From NCBI RefSeq assembly GCF_009914755.1, contig NC_060936.1: a stretch of DNA of 64,000 nt; one strand, written 5' to 3'. The position numbers and the translations under genes were made by a program. Numbering within the stretch: position 1 is the stretch's first letter; each line of letters begins with the position of its first letter. The notes under the pieces are model-generated. The model had not been told where the DNA came from. It did no database searches and saw only the letters and a program-made list of their open reading frames with translations. This document shows, one piece after another, positions 44,026-58,637 of the stretch. This stretch comes from the human T2T-CHM13v2.0 reference genome, Homo sapiens.

Positions 44026-44943
44026 TGACAGAGCAGGAGCACTGTCATCTCAGACAAACACCACCACTTTAAGTTCCAGCTCCCTTTCTAGCCTCATGCA
44101 TTTCAAGGAAATCACTTCTGTCCTAACTACAAGCAGAAAGGGCAGATAGTAAAACACAGATAAGATAGCTTGAGCACAAAAGGAAGTGGGGGTAAAGTTT
44201 CTTGGGTAACTGCCAAACTTCACCCTCATAAAATGGGCCCCAGAAAACAGTGGGCCTCAATAGCACATTCCTTACCCTTCAGGTCCGCTAAGATAGGAAA
44301 GCTAAAAGCAGAATCCAGTGTTGGGGAGTATGCCAGCAGCTGCAGGAAGATGTTTGGGAACACACAACTCTCCCTCCCAGATAAGCACAACAAACAGAAA
44401 CAGAAGCAGTCCAAGCCTCCGCTGAATGCTTCAACCCTGAATCCTTAAAAACTCTTAGTCTGGACCAGGCATGGTGGCTCACACCGGTAATCCCAGCACT
44501 TTGGGAGGCTGAGGTGGGTGGATCACAAGGTCAGGAGATGGAGACCATCCTCACTAACACGGTGAAACCTCGCCTCTACTAAAAATACAAAAAATTAGCT
44601 GGGCGTGGTGGCAGGTGCCTGTAGTCCCAGCTCATCAGGAGGCTGAGGCAGGAGAATGGCGTGAATCCTGGAGGCAGAGCTTGCAGTGAAGCCAAGATTG
44701 CGCCACTGCACTCCAGCCTAGGCGACAGAGCGAGACTCCGTCTCAAAAAAACAAACAAACAAACAAACAAACAAAAAACAACAACAACAAAAAAAACAAC
44801 TCTTAAACTCTTAGTCTCTAAGAGAGTGGGCTCCGACCTAACATGGCCAGAAGCGCCTCTCAGGTTTGTTTTCTCTAAAATAAACCTATCCTTCACTGTC
44901 GAACCACCTTTCACATTTCTTTCCCCTTTCTTTAATTCTTACA
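44026..44943 (+). mobile_element. ERV1 solo LTR (LTR19-like), split by an Alu
   Basis: TGACAGAGCAGGAGCAC...AATAAACC...TTTAATTCTTACA, with 5-bp TSD GTAAC/GTATC. Confidence 0.75.
44462..44797 (+). mobile_element. AluY-type inside the LTR
   Basis: GGAGAATGGCGTGAA and GAGCTTGCAG, an (AAAC)n tail and TSD AAACTCTTAGTCT. Confidence 0.94.
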
Positions 44944-45279
44944 GTATCTTTTTAAATGATAATTATTAACTCAAATTATAACATTAAAACTACGGAAATT
45001 TGCTAAAATAAAAATAAAGTTTTGTTTTCTTAGTTGTGTTCTTTGTCTTAGAAGACAAAGTTAATATGGGGTAAATTAGGAAAATACTTAAAATATCTGG
45101 AATTGTCAAGAATATGATATCTAAAATATGTGATAATATGCATATCAACAATGAAAAGGAAAACAAAAACTAGGCTTACTATTAATTGCTATTCACAGAA
45201 AGAAATGCCTGTCTAGCTAGGGAGTGTAATTTAAATGAGAAATTTTAGTCATGTTAAATGTTTGTTGATTTTATCTTTC

Positions 45280-46650
45280 AGCATACTAACTCAGTTTCAG
45301 TAATTTTTTTCTATTGATTTTCTTTTCTCTATTTTATTTCTGCTTTGATCTTTGTTATTTTCTCACTTCCGTCACCTTTAGGCTTGATTTTTTTATTTTT
45401 GTGTTTCTTTGTGCTATAATTTTAGTTTGTTTATTTGAGGTCTTTTGTCTTTTTTTAATGTAGGTGATTATCACTATAAACTTCCATCTTAGCACTGCTT
45501 TTGCTACATCTCATAAGATTCAGTGTGTTGCATTTTTTTGTTTGTTTCTAGACATTTTCCAGTTTCCATTATGATTTATTTTTTGAGCCAATGATTGTTC
45601 AAAGGCATGTTATTTGTGTGAATTTGTAAATTAAAAAATTCTTTCTCTTCTTATTGATTTCTAGTTTCATTCCACCGTGGTCAGGAAATGTACTTGGAAT
45701 GATTTCAATATTCTTAAATTTATTAAAAGTTATTTTGTGACTTAGCATGTGATCTATCCTAAAGAATATTCCATGTGCTCTTGAAAAGAAAATAGATTCT
45801 GCTGCTATTGGGTGGAATTTCTATATATGCTCATTTCTTCTATAGTGCTGTTCAAGTCTGCTGTTTCCTTATTGATTTTCTGCCTGATATGTCTATTATT
45901 GTAAGTGGGGTATTGAAGTTTCCTACTAGTATTGTATTGTCTATTTATTATTTCAGACGTCAATATTTGCTTTATCTATTGAGATACTTTGATGTTGGAT
46001 GCATGCATATTTAGAATATTATACATTTCTTTTGAATTGCCATTTTTATTATTATGTAATATCTTTCACCAACATTTTTTACTTAATGTCTACTTTGTCT
46101 GATATAAGTTTAGCCATGCCTTCTCTCATTTAATTTTCCATTGCATGGAATATCCTTTTCCATCCTTTCCTTTTCAGCCTATATATTTACTTAAATCTAA
46201 TGTGAGTCTCTTATAGACAGCATATAGTGGGATCTTTTAAAATATCATATCTTTAATTTGTTAGTTTATTTACATTTATGGTAATTATGGAACTGTAAGA
46301 ACTTACTATTGCCATTTTGTTGTTTTTGTGTCTTTTTGTAATTTTTTCCTCTCTTTTTCTTTTGCTGTCTTCTTTTGTGTTTTGATAATTTTCTGTAGTG
46401 ATATTCTTTCATTTTTCTTCCTTTATGTCATTTTTATATCTGATATAGGTTTTTCTAGTGTGGTTAACATGGGGCTTGTATAAAATTGCTTATAGTTATA
46501 ACAGTCTTCTCAGCTATTAACAACTTCAATCACATGCAGTAATTCTGCACTTTTACTTTCTCCACATACACTATGCTATTGAGGTCAGAATTTATTTTTT
46601 TAATTGTGCAGCCATTAATCATTTTTATGGTTATTGTTATTATCCTTTTT
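45280..46650 (-). mobile_element. Old L1M fragment (endonuclease region and upstream)
   Basis: T-rich, CTATAAACTTCCATCTTAGCACTGCTTTTGCT, GTGGGGTATTGAAGTTTCCTACT and CCATTGCATGGAATATC. Confidence 0.85.
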
Positions 46651-49146
46651 CAACAGCATTGACAAACTACAAAATAGAATTACATAATGCATTGCTTTTT
46701 TATTGTTGATTTAAAAAGGCAAAAATATCTGCCTTTGAAATTCAAGTGCCACCTCTTTTAAATCTTCAATAGACAATTTATATGTATAGCATTTTATGCT
46801 GTTTAATTCATTTTGTAAATGCAGATTTAGTACTATTTTCTCTGATTCCAGCTGACTAGATTGTGATTAGGTATTCTGGATTTTACTTAATAGCTTCTTC
46901 CTTTTCTATTTTTTTAGTCCTAACTTACATATTTTTAGTTCATTATTATTTTGTTTTCCCTATTTTGCATTTAGAAAATAAAAGAGGCATATACCATATA
47001 TAAATAACTATTTTATCTGAAAGGAGGTGAATTGGGAAATCAACAAGAAAATTTTCTGCTTATTCAAAAGCGATTATTGAGCCTTAGTACCAACTTTGTA
47101 ACATTTACCTCACTAGAAATGAGGTGCAGCTCATAGTTAAAAGTGAAGGACTCATAATATAGTGTACTAAATGTTAGAGTAAATATACATTATGAAATGG
47201 AAAAATAGAGTATTTTATTCAGACAAGGAGTGAAAGGGAAGTCTCCTACCAGGAAGTGATACTTCCACTGAAACTGGAAAGATAAATAGATATCTTCAGC
47301 ATGAGAAAACAGCGTGTGCAAAATATCAAGAAGTGAGTATATACGATGTATGAGAAAAATACAAGCATGTTGATATAGCACTAGTATGGAAAAACTTGCC
47401 TGGTGATGAGACTGAATGAGCTTTCAGATATAAGAAGTTACCAGAGCTTAAATATCTTTTTTATTCTACTAAGGAAGTTGAATATCCTTTGGAAAACAGT
47501 AGAAAAGTATAGATAGGTGCTAACAAAGGAAATAACCGGAATAGATTTACCGATTTAAAAGATTGTTACGAAAGCAAAACTGAATAATGAAGGCAAAATG
47601 CTATGAATGTTTCTTATCACACAATAAAGTAGCTCTACTGCTCCTGAGTAACTTGTTTTCCTATTTGCCTTTTTTTCTTCCCCTATTTAATCCCCAAAAG
47701 TTCAATATGTATGCATAATTTCCCGAAAGTAATTTCAATAGTATTGACTATGTCCTATGACAAGCATTGAAATACTAAGCTAAGCACTAGAAATACACAC
47801 ATAAATAAGGCTGCATCACAGCCCTTAAAAATTTGCTCCTTTAGTGGGATGGCAGAGGGGTGAGGGGTGGCCCTTTCAATACCATATCAAGATGATTTTA
47901 TACCATTATGCATAGGTTGCTATATGTATAGGAGCAGAGAGGCTGCAAGTTTAGATAAGTTGATTGAGAAAATATTTCTTTCAGGAAATAAAATTCATAC
48001 TGAGTCTTACAAGATTAATAAAATTGTAAAAGGTGCTCACATGCCTTGGGTTAGTATTATTTATTGCTCCAGCTAAAGAGGACTAAATATTCGAAAATTC
48101 CTCTTCCTTTCCTTCTTGCCTTTCATTCCCAGCATCCTATATCTTATTAGTCACCAAGACTTTCTGTCTATTGGTGTGCATTGTGAAGGGAGAAAGCTTT
48201 AACTCAGTCATTTCTCTCAAATTCTGCTCTTCATTTCCTTCCCACTCTTTAGTTCCTCACCATCTCTCACTTAAACTTTTGTAATTACTTCACCCTAGGA
48301 CAATCAATCTTCCATACTGCTGCTAAAGGGATCTTTCCAAAAGATAAATTTGCTCTTATGATTCCCTTGATAAAAAAATGAAACACCAATGAAAGTGTTC
48401 AGCAATTTTCCACTGCCTTCAGGGAGAATCTCAAAACCCTAAGCCAGTGGTAGAACACCCCTCACTAGGTAACAGTGACTGGCCTCATGTGTTTTCATGC
48501 TGTCTTTTCCTTTAAATTTTTAAAAAATATGTTCCTGTTTATAAAGCCTCCCTCCCTATCCCATAGGCAGAAGTAGCTAGGACCCTGACTTAGAGCACTT
48601 TTCTCTTTGAATGAAATTACTTTTATAATTTCTAGACTGTGTTTCACTTCTAGACTGTGAACATCTGAAGTTGGGAAATGCATTTTATTTATCTTTGATT
48701 CCTCAATACTTGGCCAAATTCCTGGTTCAGTTCTTATTATATTGAAAGTATGAAATACATTTTAAAGTAAATTAAATAAAAATAAATCAACTCAGAGTTG
48801 AGAAAAAGACCTGGAAGTTAGGTAATATAATAAGTCATGAAATAAACACTTTCCTGGAAATAAAAAATGTGAAGAATTTTCCTGGAGGATACTTCTACAT
48901 TTAAGTATTCAACATTTGCCTTTGGGTACTTCAAAGTTAATGAAGATTTTTTTTTCAAGTCCATAAGATGAATTTTAGAAAATAAATTTCAAAAAATATA
49001 CTATATCAAATAAAATTTTATGTATAGTAATCATATTATTAGGCTTTTAAAAGTGTCAGTTTAATTCAAATCAGAGTATTGGATGTTTGCATAGCTAACC
49101 ATTTATTTGAATTCAGAATATAGCAGTTCATGTGTTTTATTATTTT

Positions 49147-49307
49147 TAATATGACATCAAGACACTCCAGGGCACATTTTATTATTCCATTTATTCATGC
49201 CTAGGGTATATTATGAGCTGCAAACCTAAAGGCTAAGTACTTTAACCACCCGAATCATGTATTAGTGGATCAATAAAACACACCCTGGAGTATCTTAATT
49301 CTATAAT
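49147..49307. mobile_element. Imperfect ~140-bp palindrome; probable Eulor6-type ancient repeat (Crypton-derived)
   Basis: Arms AAGACACTCCAGGG...CATGCCTAGGGT (49159-49207) and ACCCGAATCATG...CCCTGGAGTATCTT (49248-49296). Internal ACTTTAACCACCCGA matches the recalled Eulor6 consensus. Confidence 0.7.
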
Positions 49308-52300
49308 ATGTCTCCTATTTCTTATTAAAAAGGAAAAAAGCAATTAATCTAGAACAAAACTAATACTTTAAAATCACATAATTCTATTGTTACATATTTT
49401 ATACAAGGTACAAAGGAAAAACAATGGCAGTTATTTGTTAGGATATTACTAGGGAAATGATGAATTATGCAGTTCATCTTCTGAAATAATAAAAAGTATT
49501 TCTGCTTTAAAAGCTTTTATGGATATACTGCCCAAGTCTATGTGAAGTATTATATATTCAGAACCGGTAATTCCTTATGGTAGTGGCAATCTAAAAACAA
49601 AGGAACTAGACAATGTAATGTTGCATTTAATTAAATATATTTGGTAAACTGCAACTTGCCATGTATTTAATACAATTTTATATTCAATTGCAATAGCTTG
49701 CATCAGCTACAATTTCTTAGTATAGCTTTTTCATTTGTTCTGTGTTTAGTATTTTGTCTAAACACTTTTGTCACTAGATTTGTCACACCCAAACTATCAA
49801 TTGACACATTGTAGATGCTCAACAAGTATATAGTTTAAATAAAAGTATAATTATATTGTTAAACCACCTCAAATTCCATTTTGGAAGTAATTGAATTGAA
49901 TATAATAAATAAAATTAATTATAAATAATTACATATATGAATAATCATTTATAAAATTATAACAAAAGGCAAAAGAAGGCAACAATTATTTATATAACTT
50001 CAGATATTAATAGTATTTTGATATATTAACTCATTTAATTTTTATAGGAGCACTATAAACAAAACCTTACTATACTCTCACAAGTGAGAAGTCTGAAGCT
50101 AAGAGATATTAACTGCGTTCCTCATCTTGGTAACTGATAGGGTTAAGATTTAAAAGGAAACAGATCCAGAATCTGTTTGATTACAAATGCTATTTTATTT
50201 TTACTGTAACATTTCAAAACTAAATATGCTCAACCCTTTAAACTTTGTTTAACAAAACTGATCCATCTTTCATCATTCAGAGATCAGTCTTGGGACTGAC
50301 CCTATTGTAAACATTTATCATGATTGCACAGTACTGTAGACAATGAGAGTATAGCAAAGTGAAACTGTCCAGACAGAATTTATATCATCCTTACAATATG
50401 TACCTCATATTGTATTTTTCTTGTCTTTATTTTTCCCCAAATACTTACAGCAAAAATCATTTGTTTAAACATTAGATAAGTAGATAAACAGTATCCCAGA
50501 GCAGATTAAAGAAGAAATGTTTAATAATTCTGTATATATTTTTCCAGTCTAAATATTGATTATAGGGAAATGGGAACTGCCATCACAAAAGAAAATAGTT
50601 TTTTTTTTTTTTGATGTAGCATAGTTCTTTGTTACTACTGCATTAACAAACCATAGCAGAGCAGATATGAATAGCTGCGAAACACAGTGAAGGGGTCAAT
50701 AGGCAAAAGACTTGAACTAAGGTTGTTTAGTGGGCAATATCCATTGAACACCACCACCAAAATTGTTGTTTTCTCATTCTGCTTCCTTCTGCCCCACAGT
50801 CCATTCATCTTCTTTTAACATCTTGCTCTTAATTTATTCAGTGAAATGCTCACATTAACAACCACTGCTGTATACAGCTGTAACTTTCATTCTTACATTT
50901 ACCAAATATACTTTGAATGTGTACTAAGTTTCAAGCATTGTGTTAGGTCCTTATGACACAGGAAGTCCTGAGCCCTACCTGCAGAACCTATCTCAAAGTC
51001 TAGAGAATCGAGATGTTTGTAGGTTATTTAGCCTATCTAATGGCTTCTCTGTGGAAAATGGTAGAAAAGTCATGAGCAAAAACAGACATGAAAAAAATGA
51101 GAGATGTGTTTAGCTGTAGTGCAAGTATCATCAGTGTGAGCTGAGAATGAACAATATATTGAAGCAGGATTACAGATTATTTAAGTTTCAAGCAAAGGAT
51201 TTCAACAAATGATACTGAAACACTGAAGGAAGTTGATTTCTGAAAAAGTATGTTGAAAGTGATAGTTAGAAAGAATAACTTTGTGACTGTACCCAATGCA
51301 AAATATCTAGTACTCAAGTGACTTTTATTTTTTGTACATCTAATCGGTGTCAGGCACAGTGCTATGCTACAAAGACAACAGAGACTTTGCAATCACTGAA
51401 GAAACTATTATATTCTTTGATGAGTTTTCACGGTTATACCAACAACAATTTATTAAATACTTACTATGGCAATCAATATATTAAATTTGGCAGTGTAAGG
51501 ATTATATTCCTTATAGGCATCTTACAAGATGTTTACAATTTATTCCATTTTTAAAAATGAGAAAATTAGGTTCAGTTAAGCAATTTGCCAAGCTGAGATC
51601 AGAAATAAGGCATTTCTGGATCCACAGCTTATGCTTCACCATGCACTTGGCCTTCAAGAAGAAAATGAAGCATTCCTTCAGATTTTGTGGAGGAGTTTCT
51701 GCTTAACAGCATATTTATTGAAGGCTTACTACAATTACTGGAAACATCAATTATTAAGTCTACTAAAGACAAAACTAATTTCGTAGTTTAGGCAAGAACC
51801 AGTAAGGCCTGCTTTGCTGGTGTAGTAACATTTCTATTTCAGTCTTTCAGAAAGATACACTAGATCTTATGAACAAATAATCTCCAGGACATGATAACTG
51901 AGGAGGAAATGATCATATTTTTTCATGCTAGGAATGGTAATCCACTTCTTTTGCCAACACTTTCTTATGTTTAGCACTCCCTACTGTCAGAATATTCCCC
52001 CTTCAGCTAAAGTAAATTCGTTTGTTACTCTTTGTCACTCAATTATGATTTCTCATGAATAAAATTTAAAAAAACAGTGAGTGTTGGCCTATTTAAGAGA
52101 AAAAAACCCAGTATTTCTAAGCCTCCTTTTTCAAGCAGTTTTGCATCTTGAAAGAGATATAGAAATAGGAAATACAAAAGAATAGTTCACTCAAGGTTTT
52201 GTATTTACCACTGGAAATAATAGTAGAGAAAGAATGGAGAAATTACATGGAGATTCTATGCAAAAAATTCTCTGTTGTGTTGTTACTGAACTGTAGGGAA

Positions 52301-53050
52301 AATCATTTTCAGATCATCTCAAAAATATAAAAATGTGAAAAGAAAATAAGGTATGGTTAGACATGCTGTCTACTAATATTAGGTTTATTGTAATTGGTCT
52401 TAATCATCTAAGGTTTATTTTTTTTTCTTTATAGTTAACCTAATCAATCTGTTTCTTAAAGTTTTGGAATTTTTAGAGAAGGAAAAAGAGGAATTTGTAT
52501 AAGCATAAATAAATATTTGACAAATTCTTCCAAACTAGGATACATCATTTTAGGTACTTTACAGAACCAGATTATTTGTATACCTGTATATAGTTATTTA
52601 TTTTTCTACTTTCAAATATTAATTTTTAGAAGTTAAACTAAATCATAAAATAAGAAGTTTACAACAATAAATAAATAAGCCCTGAAGCAAAAGGAAACTC
52701 AAGATTGTCATTAACAATGAGAACACTAACAATGAGAACAATGAATATCAAAATCTTTGGAATGTGTTTCACTAGTAAAATAATAAATATACCTCTAGCA
52801 ATGCTACTTAAAAATGGAGAGACTATACAACGCATAATATTTTAAAGTGGGAGAGATAAATATAGATTAATGGAAAATATGGAAAGTCAATGATCATAAC
52901 CATCTATTATAATGTTTGCATTTAAATCATTGCAAATAGATTGAACGTTAAGGTAAATTGTTTGGAGAGCACTATATAATTGTTTTGGAAATAATTATTT
53001 GTCTACATTACACTCAAATTTGCAAATGGATAGTTAAATTGAAAAAATGA

Positions 53051-53340
53051 GGCTGTAGGGTGGCTCATGCCTATAATCCCAGCAGTCTGGGAGGCCAAGG
53101 AGGGCAGATGGCTTGAGTCCAGGAGTTCAAGCCAGCCTGAGAGACATGGAGATAACACATGTCAAAAAAAAAAAAAAAAAAAAAGAGCCGGGTGTTGTGG
53201 TGCATGCCTGTAGTACCAGCAGCTACCCAGCAGGCTCAAAGCCTGGAGGCAAAGGTTGCAGTAAGTGAGCTGAGATCCAACCACCGCACTCCAGCCTGGG
53301 TGACAGAATGAGACCCTGTCTCAAAAAACCAAAAATAAAT
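53051..53340 (+). mobile_element. Degenerate AluJ-type with an expanded central A tract
   Basis: GCTTGAGTCCAGGAGTTCAAG, an ~A22 linker and TSD TTGAAAAA(A)TGA. Confidence 0.88.
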
Positions 53341-53721
53341 AAATTTGAAAAATGAAACAAAAAGATTATTGTGTATATACATATATATATGAAATACAAT
53401 TTTTTAGTCAGAATGTAAAGACATTTCTGTACATTGCTATATTTTCCTGTGCCTAGAACAATATATTAGAATCCCAATGAATATTTGGTGAATGACTAAA
53501 TGGGAGAGGCTTTATTATTTATGGTAAATACAAACAAAAATTAGGTCACATGACAAGACAAAAATAGGAGGAATAAACATAAATTTAGAACCATAAGAAA
53601 ACATAAGTATTTAACAAAAATCATCATTAACTCAATAGGAAAAATATAAATAAGCAGGACTTAAGGGGTAAAGTGATGACACTCCCCTCCCCATGTACGT
53701 ACCTACATCAAAGAGCAAGAA

Positions 53722-53750
53722 AGAGAGAGAGAGACAGAGAGAGAGAGACA

Positions 53751-53813
<63 letters not shown>

Positions 53814-53830
53814 GAGAAAAAGAGAAAGAG
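53722..53830. repeat. (GA)n / GAGACA purine-rich simple repeat
   Basis: Read directly from the sequence. Confidence 0.95.
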
Positions 53831-54005
53831 AGCTGTTGAGATTGAGATTGAAAGGAGAGATACATCTTTAAGTTGTTGACACTAGTGGAATTAATGTACT
53901 TTATTCTTCTCTTCAACCTTCATTTTCATATTTTTCTACATTTCATTATATAATTATTTTTGTTAAAAGAAACAAAAATATTATTTCCTGTGGTTAGGCA
54001 TTTGC

Positions 54006-54303
<298 letters not shown>

Positions 54304-54621
54304 GGCATTTACATTATTAACCACAAAAATCTTACTGCTTTTTTCCTATTATTTTAAAATGAAATGGTAATCAACAGTGATAGCAAGTAGTCTTTAACTC
54401 AAAACCAACATATTTGTCAGGGCATTTACTATTACACAGAATAGCAGCATATATGTTGTGTTCAATGCTTTAATCCCAACAATGAACTATTAAATAATGA
54501 CTTGCGCTCTTAACGATGTTTTAATTTTAACAGTGACACACTTAAGAATATACTTAGACTTTTTCATCCCTTTGATTTTTTCACCAAAGATCAATAATGA
54601 TTTAATATTTTCCTTTTCTAC

Positions 54622-55220
54622 ATATTTTTAATGTTGTACAATATAAAAACATAAAATTTGCCATCTTAACAGTTTTTAAGTATGCAATTCAGTGATATGA
54701 CTACACTCACATTGTTGTGCAAGCATCATCACTACCCATCTTGAGAACTTTTCTCAGCTTTCCAAACTGAAATCCTATACTCATGGAACAGTAACTCTCC
54801 ATTCTCCCCTTCCCTGGCCCCAAGTCCCTGGCAACCACCATTCTACTTGCTGTCTCTATGAACTTGATTAATATAGATACTTTATATAAGTTGAATCATA
54901 TAATATTTGCCCCTTTGTGACTGGTTTATTTCACATTGCATAATCTCATCAATATTCAACCATGTGGTATTATGTGTCAGAATTTCCTTCCTTTTTAAAG
55001 TTGAATGATATTCCACTGTGTGTATATACCACATTTATCCACTCATCTGTTAATAGATATTTTGCTTGCTTCCACCTTTCAGCTATTGTGAATAATGTTG
55101 CTATGAAAATGGGTGTACAAATGGCTCTTCAAGATCCCATTTTCAATGATTTGGGGTATATACCCAGAGTGAAATTGTTGGACTATATGGCAATTCTATT
55201 TTTAATTTTTTTTGAGGAAC
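54622..55220 (-). mobile_element. L1MB-type 3' end
   Basis: AACATAAAATTTGCCATCTTAAC...CCCTGGCAACCACCATTCTACT...GGGTATATACCCAGAGTG. Confidence 0.88.
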
Positions 55221-55879
55221 TACTAAAGGAGTATTAATTATTACTGTTATCTGGTTATATGAATGACCACAGTGTGTTGGTATTTACATGGGACTTGAAT
55301 TTGGAGTCAAAAAATAAGGATGTGATTTTTCGTTTTTCCTTAGCTAATTCATAAGAATCTCTAGACATTTGACTTGTATAATAAGGTGGAACAATATAAG
55401 CAATATGACTTAAAGTTTGTAAATTCATATCCGTGAGTTTTAGATTTGGTGGAGGAAAGAAAAAAAGAGCAAACACGATGACTTCATTTTAACATTATTT
55501 TATCCAAGAATCATGAGCTTAAAGGACTGGGGATAAGCAGTTCTCTTAATGTTAATGAGGAAGACACAGAAATAATGACCTACAGAAAGTTTGAATTATA
55601 GAGATCCGAATTCAATATGATTTATTTACAGGGTTTTCCCTAGAAGAAAATGTGAAGTATAAGATTAGCAAGAAGATGAGTAAATCAATCTCACGATACT
55701 AATCTAGAAATAATCTTCAATTACTTGGAACTTGAAGTCATGTTGGCTGACGAAGTTGCAAGGTAACAGTCTTAAAATGAAGTCCCAGGAAGTATCTAAG
55801 GATCCAGACTAGAGAAGTTTACAAAAGTTACAGTGAGGCCAGAAGGAGTTCTGCTATCTTTTGCCTGGTGGCTATATAG

Positions 55880-56200
55880 ATTTAGAACCAATATTGGAGC
55901 TCTTAGAATCAACCTGCTTGATTTGAATCTGAACTCTATCTTTTGCCAAAAATGTATATCTAAACATCATATTGTATTCCATAAATATATACAATAATTA
56001 TTTGTCCATTAAAAATACAATTGAACAATATCTTAGGCAAGTAGTATAACCTTAAGGTTCTCAGCTTATTTATTTTTAAAATATTGGTAATACTCATATT
56101 TACCTTATAAATTTGTGGAAAAGTTACATGAATAAATACATGTAAAATGTTTAGAACAATGCCTAGTTGAGAGTGTTGCATAAATACAAGCTATCACCAT
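55880..56200 (+). mobile_element. MIR interrupted by a short L1MA-like tail (~55948-56020)
   Basis: TTTGAATCTGAACTCT [AACATCATATTGTATTCCATAAATATATACAAT] TCTTAGGCAAGT...ATGTAAAATGTTTAGAACAATGCCT. Confidence 0.7.
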
Positions 56201-58294
56201 TACTTGACTAAAATATAGTCATAGTTGTCCTCTCTCCCATGTGGACGAAAATGCTTCTTTATTATTTTAATCATCGTTTTGCTGCTGTTGAATATATTGG
56301 CTAAAAATTGAAATTAGGCATTTTATATAATAGAGCCTATGAATATTTATTCCAACTTCTGCCTTGATAGTTGAACAGGTTTGTCTCTGAAAATAGCATC
56401 ATGCAGTAAAGTTTATATTATTTGCACTAAACACTGTTGCCACCTCTTTCTGGCAAAGGTTATTTGGGAGCAGGGAATGTGTCTGACTGATTCATGATTA
56501 TATATCTACTGCTTAGAACGGTACATGGCACACAGCATTAGATAAATATTTGACCAGTGAATGAGCAAAGGAAAAAAACTGTTTACTCTTAGTATTCTAA
56601 TTACATTCTATATAAAACAATACTTTTTTTAGAAAAAGTTTAATATAGATAACAATTAATTAAAATTATACTTTCAGTCATAATCTAAGGCTTGCTCGTT
56701 TCTATTACAAATTTCAATAATCTTATATCTGCTCTTTTATCTTTTTCCTATTTTGTCATTCTTCAATCCAAAATTTTGTTTTATCCTGAGTTAGAATAAG
56801 TGTTCTTGTTAAAGGTATTCATCTAACATCTCAAAGTAAACTCATAATCAAATAAGTGATTCACAGCATAGAAAAATTTGTGGGGATTCATAAGTGGGTG
56901 TTGTATAGGAGAGGCTAATAAAGCCAAGCATTATTCTAACCTTTCACTCTATGAATTTTAAGTGTGGCGATATCCTAGGTATTATTTTCTGGGCCAAAGA
57001 CTAGAAATGAGTAGGACTAGTACAATTATTTCTTATATGAGTCATTTTTTTATGATAACATTGACTAATGTGCTGTAACACTGAATACGTTTAAATTGGT
57101 TCTGCTTAATAATACTTGATCTACATCACAATACACATTCTTTCTACAGAGTGAAAAGAAATGCTAAGAATCAGAGCCACTACAAAAGGCTTCACACTGA
57201 CATTAAAAATAACATTAAAAAATTGAAAAAAATTCACCAAATTTCTGAAAGGCTGTTTTATCCAGCTTCTCTTTCTTTTGGTTAAATAGACTTATTCTCT
57301 TAATAATCCTTAACAGAAAAAACTGAATTTGCCACTTCGTGGTGTTAAATATTGACTGTGACCATGCCATACATTATAACATTGCTTGTATGCCAGAAAT
57401 AAAAAAAAAATTAATGCTGGAATAAATTAATGATTATGATGACTTCGTTTGGTAGAAAGTAAACCAGACAAGGACATAGATTGTTTCTGTCATAATCAGT
57501 GCTGTCTCTTCCATGCCTAAAAGAATGAATACGTGAAAAATCATGATTAGATCAAAATTCAACATTACACAACATACCTACTAAGCCCTTTGTGTGTATC
57601 ATTTCATTTAGTCTTCATGAGAACACAATAAGGAGGAAGCCAATCACAATCCAGAGAGACATAATCCATAAAACCTACATTTTATTCAAAAATATGCAGT
57701 TTTTGAAGATGCTTTAACAAGGAGATTGGCTAACAATCCCAAGCCCATAATCCCAAATGTTGAAATCCCAAAAGATCAAAATGCCTAACGTCTAAAATCT
57801 TGAAAATATAATTCAGGAAAAAATAATTTTAAATGTTCTTAAAAGACATTTATTTCCTCTTTTGAAAGGGAATTTCTTTGAGAAGTATATGAAAATATGA
57901 GAAAACACTTCATAGGCCAATTTATACAATAAAATAGGCAAGAATAGCATACATGTTTTTGCAAGCATAAACACCCAGACATAGAAACTGACAGTTTAAC
58001 AGGTACAACAGTTATGAGCAGGTGAACAGTATTCATTAAGAGAAAGCTCAAAAAGTGAAATATAAAAAAGCATACCACTATAGTTGGAATCATGTGTACC
58101 CAGCTTTATAATGGTGTTCATTTGTCACGTGGCTGTCAACTTGAGATTTTTGACAGGATAGATTAAAAAAACCAAAAGGGGTTACTGCAGTATATGCAGT
58201 CACCAAAAGAGCTGGGATCTCAAGATCACAAATTCAGATTTAGAGAAAAAAGACATATCTTCATTTATTGTGAAAGTTCCAATGTTTTCACATT

Positions 58295-58637
58295 TAGAAT
58301 CTGAGAAGCTGATGGTGTAACTTTCAGTTTGAGTCTGAAAGCCTTACGACCCGGGGAGGTCTCTGGTGCAAGTCCTAGAGTCCAAAGGCCTGTGAGCCTG
58401 GGGTTCTGAAGTCCAAGGAAGCAGAGGAAAAATCTATCTCAACTCTCAGAAACAGACCAATTCACCTTCTGTAGAGACTGTGCCTGCCAACAGTGAGGGC
58501 AGATCTTTCCCACCTAATACCTTCAGACTCACACACTAGTCTCTGGAAATATCTTCACAGACACACACACAAAAATGCTTTACCAAGTTTTTAGGTATTC
58601 GTTAATCCAATCAAACTGACACATAAAATTGTTCATA
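58295..58637 (-). mobile_element. MLT2B-type LTR fragment within Ricksha
   Basis: GAAGCTGATGGTGTAACT...GAGTCCAAAGGCCTG...TAATCCAATCAAACTGACACATAAAATT, followed by HERV-L-like 3' internal sequence (58638-58663 and 61181-61272). Confidence 0.75.

Noticed and set aside
53632-53916. SL-repeat and RE-repeat ORFs
   Set aside because: These are translations of the (GA)n microsatellite.
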